NCBI GenBank assembly: GCA_965246715.1
Contig: CBDFFH010000005.1
Span: forward strand, 192,001 to 256,000
DNA length: 64,000 bases
Source: Chamaesiphon sp.
GTDB lineage: Bacteria > Cyanobacteriota > Cyanobacteriia > Cyanobacteriales > Chamaesiphonaceae
Direction of reading: 5' to 3'
This document shows, piece by piece, positions 31,237-40,476 of the stretch (within the stretch, counting starts at the first letter, position 1; each line of letters starts with the position of its first letter). The translations under genes were made by a program, and so were the position numbers. The notes below the pieces were generated by a model that worked only from the letters and a program-made list of their open reading frames with translations, was not told the origin of the DNA and made no database searches.

Positions 31237-32241
31237 CTATTTCTCTACTGCGGCATCATGTGCTGCGCTACCTGCTGAATCACCGTTTCGTTGAGCCAGT
31301 TGCTTTAGCGAACTGCTGATGCTGCGTGACTGCGGCACATCGCCCTTGCCAGCGGGCCAGCCTTCACGTTGATGAGCGCGATCGCCATCCGTAGCTTCGG
31401 TCTGGTCGTGAAACAGAATTTGCTGGGTGGGGAAGGGAAGGTCGATGCCGTGTGCCGTTAACGTGTTTTTAATGTTCGTCAATACGCGATCTTGCAGGTC
31501 TAGCACATCAGCACGACGCGGCGGTGAAACCCACCAGCGGGCGCGAATGTTGACAGTACTGCCCGCTAAATCGACCACGATCGCATCTGGGGCAGGATTT
31601 TCTAACACGCCATCCGTTTGATATATTGCCTCTAGAATTAACTGCCGCGTTGTGTTGATATCATCCCCGTAGCCAATACCGATGTCATACTGCAAACGAC
31701 GATGTTCAAAGGCAGTATTAACTGTAACAGAGTTAGTAAAAAGCTCAGAGTTGGGAATTACAATCCGCCGACCGTCATAGGTTCTAATGGTTGTGGCGCG
31801 GGTTTGAATATTTTCTACAGTCCCCTCGAAATTCTTAAAAACAATTTGATCGTCAATCTGAAAGGGTTCGGTCAACAGAATTAAAATACCCGCTAAAAAG
31901 TTCTGTAAGATATCTCGAAACGCAAAACCGATCGCCACGCTACTAACTCCTAGTAGCTGTACCAGATCGCCAGCTTTGAGCGAGGGAATCACGATCGACA
32001 GTGCTACAAATAGACCTGCCAGAATGGTAACTCCCTGTGCCAACCGCCCTAACACCATGCCCAAGCTGCGGGCTTCACGGCGATCGCGGGTTAAATTTCT
32101 AACCACTTTCTTAATCTGTCTAGCAACGAAGAAAAAGATCGCAAAGACAATTAATGCCAATAACACATTTGGCAACAAGCTGATAAATTCGGTCAGCATT
32201 GACTGCATTTTGCCTAAGAGCGTTGATACTTCTATATTCAT
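31237..32241 (-). CDS. mscS: MscS family mechanosensitive channel
   Basis: AIGFAFRDILQNFLAG, GTVENIQTRAT, IPNSELF, GIDLPFP. Confidence 0.92.
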   Translation of the reverse strand: MNIEVSTLLGKMQSMLTEFISLLPNVLLALIVFAIFFFVARQIKKVVRNLTRDRREARSLGMVLGRLAQGVTILAGLFVALSIVIPSLKAGDLVQLLGVSSVAIGFAFRDILQNFLAGILILLTEPFQIDDQIVFKNFEGTVENIQTRATTIRTYDGRRIVIPNSELFTNSVTVNTAFEHRRLQYDIGIGYGDDINTTRQLILEAIYQTDGVLENPAPDAIVVDLAGSTVNIRARWWVSPPRRADVLDLQDRVLTNIKNTLTAHGIDLPFPTQQILFHDQTEATDGDRAHQREGWPAGKGDVPQSRSISSSLKQLAQRNGDSAGSAAHDAAVEK

Positions 32242-32307
32242 TGTTTAGATACCCTAATTGACCTTTGAATTATATTCACAAACTCTAAAATTAACCTCTG
32301 CCTAAGG

Positions 32308-32440
32308 TTATAGATCCTCTCGCCTCAAGCTTTGAATTTCAGTTTGCAAACTGATAATTTCATCTTGCAAAGCCTCGATCGCCCTCGCCCCAGCAATTTC
32401 TGCATCATCATCAGCATCTTGTCCGATAAACGGCGTTGCT
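32308..32440 (-). pseudogene. C-terminal fragment of an ion transporter/K+ channel
   Basis: ATPFIGQDADDDAEIAGARAIEALQDEIISLQTEIQSLR coiled-coil tail; upstream part absent. Confidence 0.45.
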
Positions 32441-32500
32441 GAATTGATGGATGATATGCCGAAGATCGATATTATTTGCAGATTTCTGCCGACAATCCGA

Positions 32501-32827
32501 TTAGATCGATTTCTGAATAGCTTGGATATAAACTTTTTTCGGCTTGAGTCCGACAATTTTTTCAATTAGTCGATCGCCTTTGTATAAAACTACAGTTGGA
32601 ACGCTACGAATACATAATTCGATCGCGAGATCTGGCTCCTCAGTCATATCTATTTCAACTAAATGAAAGTTACCATGTTGTTCGGTGGCGAGTTGATGTA
32701 AAACAGGTCTGAGGGTATCGCAAGAGCTACAGTGCGGCGCACTAATTTCGAGCAAAATCAGTTTGTCGGATTCACTTTTTAATCGTTCAAAAGCGGCACC
32801 ACCTTGGGAAAAAGTTTGAGCTGACAT
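32501..32827 (-). CDS. Thioredoxin-like protein (CSSC), resembling the Trx domain of NTRC
   Basis: QGGAAFERLKSESDKLILL...APHCSSC...VEID...SVPTV...GLKPK; own RBS (GAGG) and ATG. Confidence 0.8.
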   Translation of the reverse strand: MSAQTFSQGGAAFERLKSESDKLILLEISAPHCSSCDTLRPVLHQLATEQHGNFHLVEIDMTEEPDLAIELCIRSVPTVVLYKGDRLIEKIVGLKPKKVYIQAIQKSI

Positions 32828-32855
32828 AAATAATTACCTCTAGATTATCTGTAAA

Positions 32856-33803
32856 TTAATGAATTTCTGCTAACCAACGTTCGGCTTCTAGTGCTGCCAT
32901 ACAGCCCGTCCCAGCGGCGGTAATCGCTTGACGATAGATGTGGTCTTGGACATCTCCAGCAGCCCAGACTCCGGCAATATTAGTGGCTGTGGATTTACCA
33001 ATGGTTTTGATATAACCTTTGTCATCTAAATCTAAGCTGTCTTGAAAAAGTTGGGTGTTCGGTGTATGTCCGATCGCATAAAATAACCCACCTACTTTTA
33101 ATTCCGTAATTGTGCCAGAAGCTTGGCTCTGAATTTTCACACTCTGGAGCACATCATCACCATTAGCTTCGATCGGTAATGCTTGCCAATGCACTCGAAT
33201 TTTGTCGTGGTTTAAAACTCGTTTCTGCATAATTTTAGAAGCACGCAAGCGATCGCTTCTGACTAATAAATGAACTTTACTCGCATATTTTGTGAGATAT
33301 AGAGCTTCTTCTGCTGCCGAATCACCCCCACCAACTACGGCAATTTCCACATCTTTAAATAACGGATTTGTGCCATCACAAATTGCACAGGCAGAAATCC
33401 CATTATTCCAGAATTTATCTTCGCCAGGGATATATAATCGCCGTGCAGCTGCCCCAGTACAAATAATTACCGCCTGAGTTTTTACTTCGAGATCGTCAGT
33501 AGCGATCGAAAAAGGTCTTTGGCTAAAATCCACATTCACCACATCATCGGCGATCGATTTAGCACCCCACCGAATCGCCTGTTGGCGCATTTCTTTCATC
33601 AATTGTGGCCCTTGAATTCCCTCCGCAAATCCAGGGAAATTCTCGACTTCGGTAGTTGTCATCAATTGACCTCCGGGCAATCCTCCCGCTGCAAACCCTT
33701 CAAACATAATGGGTCGTAGTTGAGCGCGTCCGGCATAGATTGCTGCTGTATAACCTGCTGGTCCCGAACCAATTATCACTAGTTGTTCGATCGTGTTTTT
33801 CAT
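32856..33803 (-). CDS. trxB: NADPH thioredoxin-disulfide reductase
   Basis: [58 protein letters not shown]. Confidence 0.95.
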   Translation of the reverse strand: MKNTIEQLVIIGSGPAGYTAAIYAGRAQLRPIMFEGFAAGGLPGGQLMTTTEVENFPGFAEGIQGPQLMKEMRQQAIRWGAKSIADDVVNVDFSQRPFSIATDDLEVKTQAVIICTGAAARRLYIPGEDKFWNNGISACAICDGTNPLFKDVEIAVVGGGDSAAEEALYLTKYASKVHLLVRSDRLRASKIMQKRVLNHDKIRVHWQALPIEANGDDVLQSVKIQSQASGTITELKVGGLFYAIGHTPNTQLFQDSLDLDDKGYIKTIGKSTATNIAGVWAAGDVQDHIYRQAITAAGTGCMAALEAERWLAEIH

Positions 33804-33806
33804 ATA

Positions 33807-34682
33807 TTAATTAGTCGGCAAAAACCACTGTACGCCAGTAAACACATAATAAATCCCTGCCAAAATCAAAGCCACACTCCCAAATTTGGTAATGCTTTCT
33901 GAATATTTCAATAGTAAGTTTGCTTGCTTGGCAAAACCAGTGAGTAAACTAGCTAAAAAGATAATGATGGTATAACCAAAGGCGTAACTTGCCATTGTTA
34001 ATACAGCAAGTAATTGCGAACCACTAGCACCTGCGGCGGCTAGCACTGCAAATAGAACCGGACTCGCACAGGGCGAACTAACTAAAGCAAAAGTCAAACC
34101 CACACCAAAGGGACCAAAATTAGCACCATCGAGATTAATTTCTGGCAAAGGAATCTTAATCCAGCCCATTAAACCAAAACCCATAATCAGAATAATCGCG
34201 CCGACAATGACATTAATATGTCCGCGATATTCCACCATTACCGTGCCAGCAAAAGAAGATGCTAAACCAAAGAGACTGAGGATAATAACATTTCCTAAAA
34301 CAAATAATCCAGCTTTAAGGAAAGCATCACCACGAGACTTAATATTACGGGTGCCGATATAGCTTAAATTAAGTGGTAATATTGCTAAAATGCAGGGAGA
34401 AACACTAGCAATTAAGCCCCCAATCAAAGCTAGTGGCATGAGTACGAGTGGATTGGCAGTATCTTGTTTAGAAAACCATTCTTGGTAGCGGTTTTCAACG
34501 AATGAAATCAGGTGTTCGAGTCCTTGAGAGATAGGGCCAGTAATCAGTAAAGCTAGTACTAATCCTAATAATCCTAGTCCGCCAAATATCAGCCATTTCC
34601 TAGGTAGCTTTTGAATGATTTTTTTAATTCCAACTGGTTGTGAATTGACATTAATGATGTCATGCTCTTGGTTTGGTTTCAT
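33807..34682 (-). CDS. ccdA: CcdA/DsbD-type transmembrane disulfide transporter
   Basis: SVSPCILAILP and SSPCASPVL Pro-Cys motifs, multiple TM helices. Confidence 0.9.
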   Translation of the reverse strand: MKPNQEHDIINVNSQPVGIKKIIQKLPRKWLIFGGLGLLGLVLALLITGPISQGLEHLISFVENRYQEWFSKQDTANPLVLMPLALIGGLIASVSPCILAILPLNLSYIGTRNIKSRGDAFLKAGLFVLGNVIILSLFGLASSFAGTVMVEYRGHINVIVGAIILIMGFGLMGWIKIPLPEINLDGANFGPFGVGLTFALVSSPCASPVLFAVLAAAGASGSQLLAVLTMASYAFGYTIIIFLASLLTGFAKQANLLLKYSESITKFGSVALILAGIYYVFTGVQWFLPTN

Positions 34683-34712
34683 AATATTCTCCTGGAATTG
34701 CTAGAATATGTT

Positions 34713-34880
34713 TTACTTAGCGATCGCTACATCTAAAACCTTGGTATAAGCATCTATGGCGGGATTGTTACGATGCTGTGCTAAGATATTTCCCGTTGCT
34801 GGATCGACAATAGTTAGGGAACCAGTTTGAGTTTTATTTGTGGCTAAAAATTCGCTGAGTCCTAGTTCTTTAGCTTTCGC
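34713..34880 (-). pseudogene. 3' remnant of a paralog of the adjacent thioredoxin
   Basis: AKELGLSEFLATNKTQTGSLTIVDPATGNILAQHRNNP nearly matches the C-terminus of 34969-35469. The CxxC part is missing. Confidence 0.8.
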
Positions 34881-34968
34881 TATAAAAGGTAGCGTTAACA
34901 AATGAATCGATCGGATGTATTTCTGGACTCGATCGAGCAGCCAAGTCCAGAAACATCCAGACAACCTG

Positions 34969-35469
34969 CTACTTGCTGGCTAGGGCTGTATCCAATACAC
35001 TTGTATAATCAGCTTTGTTAGGGTTATTACGATGTTGTGCCAAGATTTTGCCCGTAGCTGGATCGACAACAGTTAGCGATCCTGTTTGAGTTTTATTAGC
35101 AGCAAAAAACTTACTGAGTCCAAGTTTTTTAGCTGTTGCTTCAGCTTTGGCAGCACTGGATTTATCAGACACATCTAAGACGACAAAATTAACTTTACCT
35201 GCATATTGTTGTTTCAGTTGGGAGACAGTAGGCGCAATATTTTTACAAGCAGGACACCAACTAGCGTAAATATCCACAACTACTGGTTTGCCTTGCAATT
35301 GTTGAGCGAGTGGCCCACCCACAGAACTTGCAGAACTACTATTTTTAGCAGCACAAGGATTAACTTTCGAGGCACAAGGATTGGCGACAGAGCTAGATGA
35401 ATTGACTGCTACAGCTCCCAAGCTAAGTAGAGAGATAATCGCAAAAGTGGCTAGAGACTTAATTTTCAT
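34969..35469 (-). CDS. Exported thioredoxin (WCPAC) with N-terminal NPCA repeats
   Basis: Signal peptide MKIKSLATFAIISLLSLGAVA, ANPCASKVNPCAAK, VDIYASWCPAC. Confidence 0.88.
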   Translation of the reverse strand: MKIKSLATFAIISLLSLGAVAVNSSSSVANPCASKVNPCAAKNSSSASSVGGPLAQQLQGKPVVVDIYASWCPACKNIAPTVSQLKQQYAGKVNFVVLDVSDKSSAAKAEATAKKLGLSKFFAANKTQTGSLTVVDPATGKILAQHRNNPNKADYTSVLDTALASK

Positions 35470-35624
35470 GATTTTTCCTAGATAGAAGAAAGTAAACCGA
35501 ATCAAACAACCGAAAGATCCTGAGTCCGAACATGGATATGCCGCGATCGAACTTTACAGGATGGTTGTTTAGTTTGAAGTGACTGCCTGAAATATTAGGC
35601 TTGCCGATGAACTTAATTAAAAGG

Positions 35625-35800
35625 GATGAAGATGAGTCGGAGATGAAGATGAGATGGAGATTGAATAAAACTTGAAGATCGATCCCTAAAAGCTACGCTC
35701 GGCGAGAGATCGGAGGTTTGATAATTTGAAATCGAATTTCAGTCGATCGAGAATTATCGGTCTTCATCAAAACTTTATCTGGGCATCAGTTCTGACTCAT
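35625..35800. promoter_or_regulatory. Direct-repeat boxes in the divergent trx / cupin-TCS promoter
   Basis: GATGAAGATGAG twice (35625-35636, 35642-35653). Minus-strand CTTCATCTCCGACTCAT matches 38716-38732. Confidence 0.55.
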
Positions 35801-35871
35801 CTAAATTCCCCATATTCCGCTTACACTAGGAGCTAGAGCAGATGAGCTAGGAATAAAGTAGGCGAGAGCAG

Positions 35872-36498
35872 ATGTCAAATTGCGATTGGTTAGTTACAAA
35901 TGAGAGTCAATGCGTGCCTTTAGAAGGTAAAGCACAATCGATCGCGACCAAAACATATTGGGCGGAAAAACCTTATCGGCTCCATCGCTTTCTCACTGAT
36001 GTTGAGGATATTATTTGGCACGAAAGTGACGATCGAGTGCGGCTCCAAAAAATCTGTCCGTTAGTCCGCAGATTACTTAATAGCTCGGAATGGATCTTAA
36101 CCAATTTTTCGCACCCCGATCCTGAAACTGGGTGGTCGGTTCAGCTTCATTATGACGAACCGGATTTCCCAATTACCGTTCAGACAGTGGTGTGGTCGCC
36201 CCAGAGTGTTTCTCCCATCCACAATCATGCTAGCTGGGGAATTGTGGCGATGTTAGACGGACAGGAGCAGAATACCTTTTATCAACGATCGCCGACATCA
36301 GAATTACCCGATTTCATCGATCGAACCGGATCGCACCTGCTAACTCCAGGTGATATTCTCTGCTTGATGCCAGAGGCAATTCACCAAATTAAAGCGAACG
36401 GTGATGAACCGACGATTAGCTTTAATGTCTATGGCGTGACTGACTACGATCGACGCTTTGAATTTAATTTAGAACAGCATACTGCGGCTATTTTCTAA
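35872..36498 (+). CDS. Cysteine dioxygenase-like cupin
   Basis: SPIHNHASWG...GQEQNTFY...AIHQI...ISFNVYG. Confidence 0.8.
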   Translation: MSNCDWLVTNESQCVPLEGKAQSIATKTYWAEKPYRLHRFLTDVEDIIWHESDDRVRLQKICPLVRRLLNSSEWILTNFSHPDPETGWSVQLHYDEPDFPITVQTVVWSPQSVSPIHNHASWGIVAMLDGQEQNTFYQRSPTSELPDFIDRTGSHLLTPGDILCLMPEAIHQIKANGDEPTISFNVYGVTDYDRRFEFNLEQHTAAIF

Positions 36499-37937
36499 TG
36501 CACCATTCATTCATCAAAGCGATCGGTAATGTATTTGGCAAACGAATTTCACCAACTTCGCTTCAGTTTCGCTTGAGTGTCGAATCGATCGCCATCGCGA
36601 TCGTTAGTTTGAGTTGTGTCTCCCTTTGGGCTGGTTGGAGAATGGAGCAAACATTGATTACCACCAATAAACAGCTCCTGGAATATATCGCGACTCGCTT
36701 TCCCGAACAAGTGGAAATGTATATGGAGACTGGCGGATTGGCAGCGGGGATCGAACGCACAACCAAAAAGGTGACGACATCAGGATTAGCGATTTTAGTC
36801 CAGAGTCCCGATGGGCGGCTGCTGGGTAAGTCCGCAAACAATGATTCAGCTCCCGATAACGCCCAGATTATTAAATCGATCGTGGTACCGACAACTCCCC
36901 AAATAATTCAGTTTCGCGGACGTTCGATCGTCCTGTGCGGTAACGATCTGATGATTAATAGTAAATTAGTCGGTAAAGTCTATCTTTCCAAAGACGTTAC
37001 CACCGAACAGAATGACCTCAATCAGAGTATCTATGGTTTGGCGATCGTCAGTATTTTGGCAACCGCGATCGCGATCCTCGCGATCGTTCACCGCGTTCGC
37101 AAAACTCTAGATCCCCTTGCCCAAATTAGCCATATTGCCAGTGTGGTATCGATCGAAGATCTGAAATCATCTTCACTCCAACTCGATCGCGCACCCGATG
37201 AAATTCAAGGATTAGTCAGAGCTTTTAATCAGATGCTGCTGCGATTATCCGCGACTTGGGAACAGCAACGTCAATTTGTGGGCAATGTATCGCACGAATT
37301 ACGCACACCATTAACCACGATCGGCGGCTATCTCCAAAGTTTACTGCTCAGGGGCGATAATCTGAGTACTTATCAACAACAAGCGATCGCCACCGCTAGT
37401 GCTGAAACCACGCGTACCATTCAAATGCTCCAAGACTTGCTAGACTTAGCCAGAGCTGATAGTGGCAATTTGCACTTTCGTCAAAGTCCGGTATTTCTGA
37501 ATACATTGCTAGTCGAAGTAGCTGCTATGAGCGAAAATGTCAGCGGTCGATCGGTGAAACTACTACCAACCGATTATGATGTTGTCGCTTTAGCCGACCA
37601 AGATCGACTCCAGCAGGTATTAATCAATTTAGTGGATAATGCGATTAAGTACTCAGCAGATGCTGTCGAGATTAAACTCGAAACTAGAGACAATCTGGCG
37701 ATCGTCCAGGTGTGCGATCGGGGGATTGGGATTCCATTAGAGCATCAAAGTCGGATTTTTGAGCGGTTTTATCGGGCTGATGGAGCTGAAACTCGCTCTA
37801 GGGATGGTACTGGTTTAGGACTAGCGATCGCCAAAAGCTTAATTGAAGGCATGAATGGTAAGATTACGCTGCAATCGCAACCAAACGCAGGTTGTACTTT
37901 TACGATCGCTTTACCGATCTGGAAATCTCAATCATGA
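36498..37937 (+). CDS. Sensor histidine kinase (HAMP-HisKA-HATPase)
   Basis: Two TM helices, VSHELRTPL, QVLINLVDNAIKYS, DRGIGI, GTGLGLAI. Confidence 0.95.
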   Translation: MHHSFIKAIGNVFGKRISPTSLQFRLSVESIAIAIVSLSCVSLWAGWRMEQTLITTNKQLLEYIATRFPEQVEMYMETGGLAAGIERTTKKVTTSGLAILVQSPDGRLLGKSANNDSAPDNAQIIKSIVVPTTPQIIQFRGRSIVLCGNDLMINSKLVGKVYLSKDVTTEQNDLNQSIYGLAIVSILATAIAILAIVHRVRKTLDPLAQISHIASVVSIEDLKSSSLQLDRAPDEIQGLVRAFNQMLLRLSATWEQQRQFVGNVSHELRTPLTTIGGYLQSLLLRGDNLSTYQQQAIATASAETTRTIQMLQDLLDLARADSGNLHFRQSPVFLNTLLVEVAAMSENVSGRSVKLLPTDYDVVALADQDRLQQVLINLVDNAIKYSADAVEIKLETRDNLAIVQVCDRGIGIPLEHQSRIFERFYRADGAETRSRDGTGLGLAIAKSLIEGMNGKITLQSQPNAGCTFTIALPIWKSQS

Positions 37938-38614
37938 AGGAACATATTCTGTTAGTTGAAGATGACCCCAAATTGGCAGAGTTTATTGCAGCAGAACTCA
38001 GTTTGGAAGGTTATCGAGTGACAATTGCTACTAGTGGTATGGAGGGATTGACGATCGCTCGCGATACGCCACCAGATTCGATCGTTTTAGATTGGATGCT
38101 GCCGGAAATGTCGGGATTAGATGTTTGTCTGCGGTTGCGAAAAACAGGCTGTAAGATCCCAATTATCATGCTGACTGCTAAAGATGAAGTACCCGATCGA
38201 GTTACTGCCTTGAATGCTGGAGCCGATGACTATCTCACCAAACCTTTTAGCATTGCCGAACTGATTGCCAGGATTAATGCCAGACTCCGGCGGATGTATC
38301 CAGTACTTGATGACAATTTGCAATTTGAAGATCTGAGCTTAAATCGGCTCTCGCGAGAAGTCTATCGTGCCGAACAAAGGATCGAACTTACTGCCAAAGA
38401 GTTCGACTTACTCGAATTTATGTTGCGGCATTTGCAGCAAGTCTTGACTCGCGAACAAATCCTGGAAGCCGTCTGGGGTTATGACTTTGTGGGCGAATCA
38501 AATATCATCGAAGTCTACATTCGCGCGCTGCGGATCAAATTAGAAGTAAGTAATTCTAAGCGACTCTTGCATACAGTGCGCGGCGTTGGTTACGTCTTAC
38601 GCGATCGGGGTTGA
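37934..38614 (+). CDS. OmpR-family response regulator
   Basis: LLVEDD, LDWMLP, LTAKD, KPF, winged-helix HTVRGVGYVL; ATGA overlap with the kinase. Confidence 0.95.
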   Translation: MKEHILLVEDDPKLAEFIAAELSLEGYRVTIATSGMEGLTIARDTPPDSIVLDWMLPEMSGLDVCLRLRKTGCKIPIIMLTAKDEVPDRVTALNAGADDYLTKPFSIAELIARINARLRRMYPVLDDNLQFEDLSLNRLSREVYRAEQRIELTAKEFDLLEFMLRHLQQVLTREQILEAVWGYDFVGESNIIEVYIRALRIKLEVSNSKRLLHTVRGVGYVLRDRG

Positions 38615-38715
38615 GTATTTTTTGCGCTGCTAAATTTGGGTATGAAACACCCAAATAACTCGATCGATTAATTGTCATGATTTATACAGAAAGCTTTATT
38701 TAATATCCATCCTAT

Positions 38716-38732
38716 CTTCATCTGAGACTCAT
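38716..38732 (+). promoter_or_regulatory. Putative OmpR-type binding box upstream of the spondin gene
   Basis: CTTCATCTGAGACTCAT, 15/17 identical to the box upstream of the trx-ccdA-trxB operon. Confidence 0.55.
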
Positions 38733-38905
38733 TTTTCTGAACTTTAATCTACTGTAATGCGAAAAATCTTGCTGTGGCTGGTAAATCTCGATCGGGCAAG
38801 GTGTTAGCGTTATTGACGCTCGTACCCAAAGCGAGAAGGATTGCCCCCATTCGAGCATGAATTTTTTTTAGCAGTCACGATCGCATCATTACTCACAAAA
38901 AAACC

Positions 38906-40042
38906 ATGCAAACTCAACTCACAATTGAAGTCGAAAATCTCGCGCCTGCGAATGGTGTCTTTATCGCGCCTGTCTGGTTTGGATTTCACAATGGCAAATT
39001 TGACACCTTCGATCTCGGTCGCCCTGCATCGCTAGGCATCGAGCGAGTTGCTGAAGATGCTAGTGCTACTGTTATCAGTACTGAGTTTACTCAATCGGGG
39101 TTTGGCACTGTTCAAGGTGTCACTCGGCGAGCAGCAGGTGCTCAGGGTCCGATCGCTCCGGCTGAAACTTCTTCTCTTACCGTGACTTTAGACTCCAGCA
39201 ACCCCAACAGTCGCTACTTCAACTATGCAGCGATGGTGGTTCCTAGTAATGATTTTTTCTTTGCTAATGACGACCAACGCGAAAATCAGATCTTTGATGC
39301 CAAGGGTAACTTCCTCGGCGCAGATTTCACTATACTGGGTAGTGAAATTTTAGATGCTGGTACCGAAGTCAATGATGAGGTTCCTGCGAATACTGCTTTT
39401 TTTGGGCAAACAACTCCAAATACGGGCGTGACTGAAAATGGTGTCATTCGGACGGCAACGGGCTTTATCCCTGGCGGTGCCATCCTGAATACGCCTCGGT
39501 TTGCCAATGTTGACTTTACCAAACCCAATTACCAAGTCGCTCGAATCCGCATTTTTAATACCATTAATGGTACTGATGGTGCAGACAACCTGACAGGCAC
39601 TAACAAGGACGATTTGATTAACGGCGGCGCAGGTGACGATAAGTTGTTTGGTGGCGCAGGTAACGACAAGTTGTTCGGTGGCTTGGGCAATGACACTCTC
39701 AATGGCGGTATTGGCGACGATATCTTGTTCGGTGGTGAGGGCAATGACACCCTGCTTGGTGGGGCTGGTGACGATCGCCTCTTCGGCGGTACTGGCTTCA
39801 ATACCCTTACGGGTGGTGTTGGTCGCGATGTATTTGGACTCGCTGCGGGTGCTGGTGTCGATACCATTACTGACTTTAACCTGGGCAGCGGCGATCGGTT
39901 GAGTTTGGCAAGTGGTTTGAAATTTAGCGATTTGACTATTTCTGGAGTTGGTCGGAATACGATCGTGAGCTTTGGTAATGATGAGCTGGCAATTTTGAAA
40001 AATGTCAGTGCTGCCAGCATTACTAGTACTGCTTTTGCCTAA
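38906..40042 (+). CDS. Spondin-domain protein with RTX (hemolysin-type Ca-binding) repeats
   Basis: ERVAEDA, MVVPSNDFF, LDAGTEVNDE; GGAGDDKLF nonapeptide repeats. Confidence 0.88.
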   Translation: MQTQLTIEVENLAPANGVFIAPVWFGFHNGKFDTFDLGRPASLGIERVAEDASATVISTEFTQSGFGTVQGVTRRAAGAQGPIAPAETSSLTVTLDSSNPNSRYFNYAAMVVPSNDFFFANDDQRENQIFDAKGNFLGADFTILGSEILDAGTEVNDEVPANTAFFGQTTPNTGVTENGVIRTATGFIPGGAILNTPRFANVDFTKPNYQVARIRIFNTINGTDGADNLTGTNKDDLINGGAGDDKLFGGAGNDKLFGGLGNDTLNGGIGDDILFGGEGNDTLLGGAGDDRLFGGTGFNTLTGGVGRDVFGLAAGAGVDTITDFNLGSGDRLSLASGLKFSDLTISGVGRNTIVSFGNDELAILKNVSAASITSTAFA

Positions 40043-40087
40043 ACCACTTAAAAAATAGTTGTTATAGCTCAGATCTAGATTTGAGAG

Positions 40088-40126
40088 TTCGGCATCTTGC
40101 TCGATCGATCGAGCAAGATGCCCGAA
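40088..40126. terminator. Long palindrome downstream of the spondin gene
   Basis: GGCATCTTGCTCGATCGATCGAGCAAGATGCC. Confidence 0.6.
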
Positions 40127-40132
40127 ATCATC

Positions 40133-40235
40133 CAATACGGTTCGGTTAATGCAAAATTGCTAAGTTTGGCTAATGAAACAATGCGGCATCTAACCCATTC
40201 GGATGTATCACGGAGAGCTTATCCGAACTGTATTG
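40133..40235. mobile_element. 103-bp MITE with perfect 10-bp TSD
   Basis: TIR CAATACGGTTCGG / CCGAACTGTATTG; TSD CGAAATCATC at 40123-40132 and 40236-40245. Confidence 0.88.
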
Positions 40236-40476
40236 CGAAATCATCGATCGCGTAGAATTGACATGTAGGATTATCAGCTAAAACCCACACCAACATTGAG
40301 TTAATGTCCAACCTGCTCAATTTCTCAGTAATTGTCTGTACCAAACAACGCCCAAGACCTTTTCTTTGATGAGTTTGCAAAATGTAAAAAGTGATTATTC
40401 CTTTAACAATGCTCTAAATCCCGCCTGCTGAAAATGGGTATCGGCAGTCAGTGAGTCAGTATATTACTGGAGAACG

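Noticed and set aside
35337..35400. RiPP precursor (NPCA repeats)
   Set aside because: The motif is fused to a thioredoxin and no modifying enzyme (DUF692, YcaO, radical SAM) is visible in the window
39286..40135. Long antisense ORFs over the spondin/RTX gene
   Set aside because: Artefact of Gly-rich repeat codons lacking stops on the opposite strand
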